Source: Chitinophagales bacterium (GTDB lineage: Bacteria; Bacteroidota; Bacteroidia; Chitinophagales; Chitinophagaceae). From it: a DNA stretch of 64,000 bases. The position numbers and the translations under genes were made by a program. The stretch covers positions 732-64,731 of the forward strand of contig JBPXJV010000011.1 in assembly GCA_051715485.1 (NCBI GenBank). The letters are read 5' to 3'. Every line of letters begins with the position of its first letter. Positions within the stretch are counted from its first letter, which is position 1. Under the pieces are notes generated by a model. That model saw nothing but the letters and a program-made list of their open reading frames with translations, did no database searches and was not told the DNA's origin. This document shows positions 57,680 to 64,000 of the stretch, piece by piece.

Positions 57680-58778
57680 GCCAATTCCTGTAAACACACC
57701 TTTGCTTTCTGGTAACGAATTAAAATACCTTACAGAATGTATAGAAACTGGTTGGATATCAAGTGAAGGTCCTTTTATAAAAGCCTTTGAAGAAAAAATG
57801 GCTGCTTATGTAGGAAGAAATTTTGGCATAGCAGTAAGCAATGGCTCAGCAGCATTAGATATTGCTGTTAGAGCATTAAATTTAGAAAAAGGCTCCGAAG
57901 TAATTATGCCCACTTTTACCATTATTTCTCCAGCACAATCGTTGGTACAAGAAGGACTAATACCAGTATTGGTAGATAGTGATGCTACTACTTGGAACAT
58001 TGATGTTACAAAAATTGAAGAAAAAATTACCACCAAAACCAAAGCCATTGTAGTAGTACATATTTATGGGTTGCCTGTTGATATGCAACCTATATTAGCT
58101 CTTTGCAAAAAGTATAACTTGTTGTTAATTGAAGATGCTGCTGAAATGCATGGACAAACTTATCATCGTCAGCAATGTGGCTCTTTTGGAGATATTAGTA
58201 TTTTTAGTTTTTATCCCAATAAGCATATTACCTCTGGCGAAGGTGGAATGATTATGTGTAATAATGCTGAATTAGCAGAACGATGCCGTAAATTTAGAAA
58301 CCTTGCTTTTGAGCCTAATGGCAGAAGGTTTATTCATTACGAGCTTGGTTGGAATTACAGAATGACTAATATGCAAGCTGCTATTGGGTTGGCTCAATTA
58401 GAAAAATTAGATGAGCATATCAAAAAGAAAAGACACATTGGACAAAAATACAATGAAGGCTTAACTGGTTTAAAAGGATTTCAATTACCTCAAATTAAAA
58501 CAGACTATGCCGAAAACATTTATTGGGTTTATGGCTTAGTAGCCGAAACAGAAACATTGGCAAATGAAACAGTAAAAAAATTAAGTGAAGCAAAAATTGG
58601 CACACGCCCATTTTTTTGGTGCATGCATGAACAACCTGTTTTTCAAAAAATGGGATTATTTAAAAATGAAAAATATCCAATAGCAGAAAAATTAGCTCGT
58701 AATGGTTTTTATTTACCCAGTGGTTTAGGCTTGAATGATGAAGAAATTGAGAGTGTTTGTAATGCTTTAGTGAAATGA
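57672..58778 (+). CDS. DegT-family aminotransferase, perosamine-synthase (Per/RfbE)-like
   Basis: GWISSEGPFIKAFE, IEDAAEMHG, FSFYPNKHITSGEGGMI (PLP Lys), NYRMTNMQAAIGLAQLEKLDEH. Collinear with Per as recalled. Confidence 0.7.
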   Translation: MNKPIPVNTPLLSGNELKYLTECIETGWISSEGPFIKAFEEKMAAYVGRNFGIAVSNGSAALDIAVRALNLEKGSEVIMPTFTIISPAQSLVQEGLIPVLVDSDATTWNIDVTKIEEKITTKTKAIVVVHIYGLPVDMQPILALCKKYNLLLIEDAAEMHGQTYHRQQCGSFGDISIFSFYPNKHITSGEGGMIMCNNAELAERCRKFRNLAFEPNGRRFIHYELGWNYRMTNMQAAIGLAQLEKLDEHIKKKRHIGQKYNEGLTGLKGFQLPQIKTDYAENIYWVYGLVAETETLANETVKKLSEAKIGTRPFFWCMHEQPVFQKMGLFKNEKYPIAEKLARNGFYLPSGLGLNDEEIESVCNALVK

Positions 58779-58825
58779 TAATTAATACTGATTTTGCTTA
58801 CCTCACTAAACAAATTATTTAAAAA

Positions 58826-58876
58826 TGCTTATTGTATTAAGCAAAATATATTACATTTGCTTATCTTATTAAGCAA
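58826..58876 (+). promoter_or_regulatory. Two copies of a 19-nt partially palindromic motif overlapping a -7 box
   Basis: TGCTTATTGTATTAAGCAA (58826-58844) and TGCTTATCTTATTAAGCAA (58858-58876) match at 17/19 positions. TACATTTG at 58852-58859 fits TAnnTTTG. Confidence 0.4.
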
Positions 58877-58878
58877 TT

Positions 58879-60075
58879 ATGGACGAATTAATTGAAATAT
58901 TTCAAAAAAGGTTAGCAAGAGTTGAAACTAATTTTGTTCGTAGTTTTATCAATACTATTCAGTGGAACTCTCAATTAATTGGTATTAAAGGAGCAAGAGG
59001 TGTAGGTAAAACAACCCTATTATTACAATATATAAAAATTAATTTAGCCAATAATTTAAACCAAGTTTTATATGTTAGTTTAGATAATATTTGGTTTAAT
59101 AATAATTCTTTAACCACTTTAGTTAAAACATTTGAACAAAAAGGAGGTAAGTATTTATTTTTAGATGAGGTGCATAAATACCCTCAATGGTCGCAAGAAC
59201 TAAAAACCATTTATGATAATTATCCAGATATAAAAGTTGTATTTACTGGTTCTTCTTTATTAGAAATTTTAAATGCACAAGCAGACCTAAGCAGAAGAGC
59301 TATTATTTATACAATGCAAGGATTATCTTTTAGAGAGTTTTTAGCTTTTGAAACCAATAAAACTTTTGCAATAAATAGTTTAGATGATATACTGAACAAT
59401 CACACATCTATTGCAACTAATATTCATAAAGAAATAAAAGTTTTTCAGCACTTTGATAAATACTTAAAAATTGGCTATTATCCTTTTTATAAAGAAGAGG
59501 AAGATTTGTATCAAATAAAATTAGCACAGATTGTTAATATGATGCTTGATGTTGAATTGCCCCTCTTACGAAAAGTTGATATTGCTTATATTCCAAAAGT
59601 AAAACAACTTTTATCCATCATTGCAGCATCTGTTCCTTTTCAGGCAAATGTTTCAAAGCTGAGCGATAAAATTGGAATCAATAGAAATACATTACTTACT
59701 TATTTTCATTATTTAGAAGAAATAGGATTAACCAAAAATTTATTTAAACCAAACATTGGCATCAGTATTCTTCAAAAGCCAGTTAAAACCTATTTAGAAA
59801 ACACCAACTTAATGTATTTATTAGCTTCCAATGCAACTAATAAAGGAAATATAAGAGAATCGTTTTTTGTCAATCAGCTTACTTATAAATTTACCCTTAA
59901 TGATGCCCCAAAAGGAGATTTTTTAGTGAACGATACACATACATTTGAAATAGGAGGTAAGCATAAAACAGATAATCAAATTAAGCAGGTTACAAATGCT
60001 TATGTAGTTTTAGATGATGTAGAAATAGGAAATTACAATAGAATTCCTCTTTGGTTATTTGGTTTTTTATATTAG
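58879..60075 (+). CDS. AAA+ ATPase (AAA_14/DUF4143 family)
   Basis: Walker A GARGVGKTT, Walker B LFLDEVHKY, C-terminal DUF4143-like region. Confidence 0.7.
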   Translation: MDELIEIFQKRLARVETNFVRSFINTIQWNSQLIGIKGARGVGKTTLLLQYIKINLANNLNQVLYVSLDNIWFNNNSLTTLVKTFEQKGGKYLFLDEVHKYPQWSQELKTIYDNYPDIKVVFTGSSLLEILNAQADLSRRAIIYTMQGLSFREFLAFETNKTFAINSLDDILNNHTSIATNIHKEIKVFQHFDKYLKIGYYPFYKEEEDLYQIKLAQIVNMMLDVELPLLRKVDIAYIPKVKQLLSIIAASVPFQANVSKLSDKIGINRNTLLTYFHYLEEIGLTKNLFKPNIGISILQKPVKTYLENTNLMYLLASNATNKGNIRESFFVNQLTYKFTLNDAPKGDFLVNDTHTFEIGGKHKTDNQIKQVTNAYVVLDDVEIGNYNRIPLWLFGFLY

Positions 60076-60131
60076 TATTTAAAAGTTGATTTTTTATAAT
60101 TTAATTCACTCAACCACACACCAACAACACA

Positions 60132-60713
60132 ATGACTAATACAAACTTTTTTCATCACCCATCAGCAATAGTAGATGAAAATGCTGTGATAGGTGAAGGA
60201 ACAAAAATTTGGCATTTTTCACACATTATGCCTCATTGCACTATTGGCAAAAATTGCAATATTGGGCAAAATGTAGTTGTATCGCCACAAGTAGTTTTAG
60301 GTAATAATGTTAAGGTGCAAAACAATGTATCTATTTACACAGGTGTTATTTGTGAAGATGATGTTTTCTTAGGTCCAAGTATGGTATTTACCAATGTTAT
60401 CAATCCACGAAGTGCTATTATTCGTAAACACGAATACAAAACAACCCATGTAAGAAAAGGAGCAAGTATTGGTGCCAATGCAACCATTGTTTGTGGAAAC
60501 GAATTAGGAGCTTATTGTTTAATTGGAGCAGGTGCAGTAATAACAAAACCAGTACCTGCTTTTGCATTAATGGTAGGTAATCCTGCAAAGCAAATAGGTT
60601 GGGTAAGTGAGTATGGACACAGATTACATTTTAATGAAAACAACAAAGCCATTTGTCCAGAGTCTAACCAAGAATATGTGTTAGAAAATAATGTAGTAAA
60701 AAGAATTGGGTGA
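60132..60713 (+). CDS. Left-handed beta-helix sugar N-acetyltransferase (WbpD/WlbB-like)
   Basis: Hexapeptide repeats, IGEGTKIWHFSHI, VKVQNNVSIY, GPSMVFTNVINPRS, VGNPAKQIGW. Confidence 0.75.
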   Translation: MTNTNFFHHPSAIVDENAVIGEGTKIWHFSHIMPHCTIGKNCNIGQNVVVSPQVVLGNNVKVQNNVSIYTGVICEDDVFLGPSMVFTNVINPRSAIIRKHEYKTTHVRKGASIGANATIVCGNELGAYCLIGAGAVITKPVPAFALMVGNPAKQIGWVSEYGHRLHFNENNKAICPESNQEYVLENNVVKRIG

Positions 60714-60785
60714 GATAATTGAAAAAATATTGTTTTAGTGCTTTAGATTATTTGATTTTAAATAGATTGACAAAGAACTTTTCAG

Positions 60786-60793
60786 TAAGTTTG
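60786..60793 (+). promoter_or_regulatory. Bacteroidota -7 promoter box (TAnnTTTG) for the vapBC-like pair
   Basis: TAAGTTTG lies 22 nt upstream of the ATG at 60816. Confidence 0.35.
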
Positions 60794-60815
60794 TTATTAT
60801 TAAAACGAATGAAAA

Positions 60816-61058
60816 ATGAAGATAACAGATGTAAATACAATTCTTATTGATAGCTATTATTCTTTACTTAAAAGTCTTAGCTATGAAAATAAACTTGAGC
60901 TTATTTCTAAACTTTCAAAATCAATGAAAACAGCAAAAAGAAAAGAAATACCTCTTAAAGAATTGTATGGTTCTTGGATATCAGATCATAGTGCAGATGA
61001 ATTAATTGTAGAATTAAAAAGGGCAAGAAATTTTTCACGTAATAGAGAAGAATTGTGA
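60816..61058 (+). CDS. Putative antitoxin of PIN-toxin pair
   Basis: 80-aa ORF whose stop overlaps the PIN gene start (GTGA). No recognisable fold motif. Confidence 0.5.
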   Translation: MKITDVNTILIDSYYSLLKSLSYENKLELISKLSKSMKTAKRKEIPLKELYGSWISDHSADELIVELKRARNFSRNREEL

Positions 61059-61456
61059 AAAAATATTTACTTGATACAAATATTTGTATTTATTTTATTA
61101 AAGGCCAGTTTGATTTGTATAATAAAATTAACTCTGTAGGTCCAAATAATTGCTTTTTATCAGAAATAACCGTTGCAGAACTTAAATATGGTGTTGAAAA
61201 CAGCATACAGAAAGCTATAAATCAAAAATATACTGACGCTTTTATTGCCAAATTCAGTATTCTTCCAATTTTTCCAGCTCTTGATATTTATGCAAAAGAA
61301 AAATCTAGACTGAAAACGAAAGGCAAGATATTAGACGATTTTGATTTATTAATTGGCTCAACAGCTATATACAATAACTTAATTTTAGTAACAAAAAATT
61401 TAGATGATTTTATAAGGCTAAATGGAATTGTAATTGAAGATTGGACAACTGAATAA
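61055..61456 (+). CDS. vapC: PIN-domain ribonuclease toxin (VapC family)
   Basis: LLDTNICIYF (first acidic residue), SEITVAEL, DDFDLLIGSTAI, ILVTKNLDDF. Confidence 0.8.
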   Translation: MKKYLLDTNICIYFIKGQFDLYNKINSVGPNNCFLSEITVAELKYGVENSIQKAINQKYTDAFIAKFSILPIFPALDIYAKEKSRLKTKGKILDDFDLLIGSTAIYNNLILVTKNLDDFIRLNGIVIEDWTTE

Positions 61457-61504
61457 AATAACTTTTGTAAAACTGATGTTTAATTTAGATTCAACAAAAA
61501 TGAA

Positions 61505-61570
61505 ATGCTACACAAGGAAACAGTTGAGCCAGAATTATTAGATTTAATTAAAAAATTAGTACACAAATAA
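61505..61570 (+). pseudogene. 21-codon N-terminal remnant of an AbiEii-like nucleotidyltransferase gene (tentative)
   Basis: Encodes MLHKETVEPELLDLIKKLVHK*. It resembles the N-terminus of the family (compare MHSEILSQHQIELLPFI at 49792) and stops before the NTase motif. Confidence 0.35.
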
Positions 61571-61636
61571 ATCAAATGCTTCAACAACCTGATGTTGTTT
61601 TTAATAATCCCTTTTAAGAAGCAAAGAATAAATAAT

Positions 61637-61668
61637 TATGTTTGAGAAACATTATTTTTGAGAAACAT
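61637..61668 (+). promoter_or_regulatory. Tandem 16-nt direct repeat carrying two -7-like boxes
   Basis: TATGTTTGAGAAACAT and TATTTTTGAGAAACAT, each containing TAnnTTTG, 12-43 nt upstream of the ATG at 61680. Confidence 0.4.
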
Positions 61669-61679
61669 AATTAACGACT

Positions 61680-63047
61680 ATGGATTTCGTTGATAGAAAA
61701 CAAGAATTATTAAGGCTAAAGAAATTAAGAACCAACCCTACTTCTGCCTTAACCATTATTTATGGTAGAAGAAGAGTAGGGAAGTCAAGGTTAATTAAAG
61801 AAGCATTAAAGAAAAATGATGTTTATTTTATGGCAGATCAATCTGAAACTGCCAGACAAATGGAGCTTTTTTCAAAACAAATAAGTTTATTGATAAAGGG
61901 TTTTGATAAAGTTACCTATCCTAATTGGGAGACATTATTTGAGCAACTCAATTACCGAATAAAAAAAGGAACAATCATCTGTATAGATGAGTTTCCATAT
62001 CTTGTTAAAAATGCTTCAGAACTACCTTCTGTTCTTCAAAAAATATGGGAAAATAAAGAAAGCTTAAATTATCATCTTATACTATGTGGTTCTTCTCAAC
62101 AATTAATGCATAGTTTAGTAATGAATGCAACTGCACCACTTTTTGGAAGAGCAGATGAGATAATGAAAGTTGAAGCAATGTCGGTTTTTTATCTTCAAAA
62201 AATTTTAAATACAGATGCACAAAATTCAATAATAGAATATAGTATTTGGGGAGGCATTCCAAGATATTGGGAGTTGAGAAAGAAAGAAACTAATTTAATG
62301 AATGCTTTAAACTATCATGTTATTACATCACAAGGTGTTTTGTATAACGAGCCAATGCATATATTCTTAGATGATATGAGAGATACTGTACAGTCGTTTA
62401 CTTTACTTTCATTAATTGCTTCTGGTAGTCAGCGATTAACAGAAATCGCATCAAGAATAGAAAAGCCTGCAACATCTCTTTCTACTCCTTTAAATAAATT
62501 AATTCAATTAGGTTATTTAGAAAGAGAAATACCTTTTGGAGAAAATATAAAAAACAGTAAGAAAACACTTTATAAAATTAGTGACCCATTTTTAAATTTC
62601 TATTTCAAATTTGTAGTACCCAATCGTTCTTTAATTGAAATAAATCAAAAAGAAACTCTTACTAAATTAATTTTAGATAAATTGCCTCAATACGTTTCTT
62701 TACATTGGGAAAAAATATGCCAAAAAGCTATTCCGTTTATAAAAATAAATGGTATCAATTTCAAGCCTGCTTCAAGATGGTGGGGCACTCCAACGAAAGA
62801 AGCTGAAATAGAATTAGATATAGTAGCAGAATCTATTGATAAAAAATATTTATTAGTTGCTGAGTGCAAGTGGAACGATAAAATACTTAATGAACAAGAA
62901 TTAATAAATAAACTAATTAAAAAAGCAGAACTTTTATCATTTGCAAAAAGTAAAAAAATTATACCAGCACTTTTTTTAAAAAAGAAAAATCAAAACAACT
63001 TAACCAATGTTTTTACTCCTCAAGATATCATTGTTGCTTTTGAGTAG
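61680..63047 (+). CDS. ATP-binding protein (archaeal-type ATPase with DUF234-like C-terminus)
   Basis: Walker A YGRRRVGKS, Walker B ICIDEFPYL, wHTH-like middle region, C-terminal nuclease-fold-like region ELDIVAE...AECKW. Confidence 0.7.
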   Translation: MDFVDRKQELLRLKKLRTNPTSALTIIYGRRRVGKSRLIKEALKKNDVYFMADQSETARQMELFSKQISLLIKGFDKVTYPNWETLFEQLNYRIKKGTIICIDEFPYLVKNASELPSVLQKIWENKESLNYHLILCGSSQQLMHSLVMNATAPLFGRADEIMKVEAMSVFYLQKILNTDAQNSIIEYSIWGGIPRYWELRKKETNLMNALNYHVITSQGVLYNEPMHIFLDDMRDTVQSFTLLSLIASGSQRLTEIASRIEKPATSLSTPLNKLIQLGYLEREIPFGENIKNSKKTLYKISDPFLNFYFKFVVPNRSLIEINQKETLTKLILDKLPQYVSLHWEKICQKAIPFIKINGINFKPASRWWGTPTKEAEIELDIVAESIDKKYLLVAECKWNDKILNEQELINKLIKKAELLSFAKSKKIIPALFLKKKNQNNLTNVFTPQDIIVAFE

Positions 63048-63119
63048 AGAGGTGATTATTGGTTATTAAAATTTCGTATAGTTTCATTTAAATTTTTTCA
63101 GTAGGAATAATGCCAATTA

Positions 63120-64000
63120 AAAAGAAAAAAATATTATTTGTATTTGGCAGAACAAGATTGAATGAAGCCAAACTTCAGTTTATGCCATTCGCATTAAACT
63201 GCTTGAGAAAATTAGCAGAAAATCAAAATAATATTATTGATGTTTATCTTACTCAGAATGAAATAAAGCATTACAAAGATTATTTTTCATCAAATGTAAA
63301 TTTTTATTTTCTTGACAATAAATATATCTGGAGAAATGGTTCAAACATAAAATTATATTTCATTTTTAATTTTTATTTCTACTTATTAACAATATTTAAA
63401 AAGTATAGTGAGGTTTGGGGATGTGGTCAACTTGGAATTGTACTTGCAGGTAAGTTTGCAATAAGAAATAAACTTAAATTTATTTGCTTAAACGATGAGT
63501 TCCCTGAAATTTCATTTTCTCCAATTTGGATAAAGAACGAAAAAATAAGTATTTCAAGTGCAGATGAATTAATTATACCAGATGAAGTAAGAATTCCTGT
63601 TTTAAAAAAGCAAGTTGCTTTTACTTCAAAAACCAGATTTTGGGTTTGTCCAAATATTCCATTTCAAAAAGATATTTTAACCATTGCCAATATTGATTGG
63701 AAAAGTAAATTGTCAATTAATGGTAATTATATGGTATATGCAGGGGGCATTTCTGAGGAAAATAACATAGAAATAATGTTAACCTCTTTGCAGTTCTCTA
63801 CATCAAACTTATATTTAGTGATAGTAGGTAATGCTGGAAAATATAAAAATAGGTTTTTAAATCATCCTAGAATAATTTGGCAAACAGAAAGGTTAGATGA
63901 TGATGAGCTACATAGTCTAGTAAAGCAAGCAGTTTGCAGTATTTGCTATTATGCAGATTTTTCAGATTTAGAATATGTAGGTAAATCTTCTGGAAAAATT
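63120..64000 (+). CDS. Partial CDS (3' end beyond window), probable GT-B glycosyltransferase
   Basis: Frame translated by hand is open from ATG 63120 to the window end (MPIKKKKILFVFGRT...YAGGISEENNIE...LVIVGNAG). Not in the ORF track because it has no stop. Confidence 0.45.

Overview
AT-rich Bacteroidota-type chromosome segment, supported by TAnnTTTG -7 promoter boxes, a T9SS PorV/PorU-like pair and typical gene content. No rRNA, tRNA, CRISPR array, transposase or integrase was recognised. There are three blocks. (1) 0.1-23.4 kb is a co-directional surface-polysaccharide locus of about 21 genes: a Wzt-type ABC ATPase, eight GT4/GT2 glycosyltransferases, three methyltransferases, AsnB, a Wzy/O-antigen-ligase-family protein, a GNAT, a DegT aminotransferase, a PglC-like initiating transferase, a CapD dehydratase and a CpsB phosphatase. 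(2) 23.6-44.9 kb is mostly housekeeping: Fic, tgt, yjdM, purD, two POT transporters, a class IV aminotransferase, an AI-2E transporter, a PorV-like/C25 PorU-like pair, an aminotransferase, lysS and a radical SAM protein. (3) 45.4-64 kb is a second polysaccharide locus (wza-wzc-wzm ... wzt, methyltransferases, GT2, a perosamine-synthase-like aminotransferase, an acetyltransferase). This locus is heavily invaded by defence/TA-like genes and gene debris: an AbiEii-like nucleotidyltransferase pair, a Schlafen/AlbA_2 protein plus a decayed copy, a frameshifted chimeric WbqC, DUF4143 and DUF234 ATPases, and VapBC. The most unusual feature is the mosaic island splitting wzm from wzt, bounded by a perfect 47-bp duplication of the wzt 5' end. 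Other points worth checking are a Tgt lacking all four Zn ligands, an oversized PorU-like sortase candidate, and hybrid Wza/Wzc + Wzm/Wzt export architecture.
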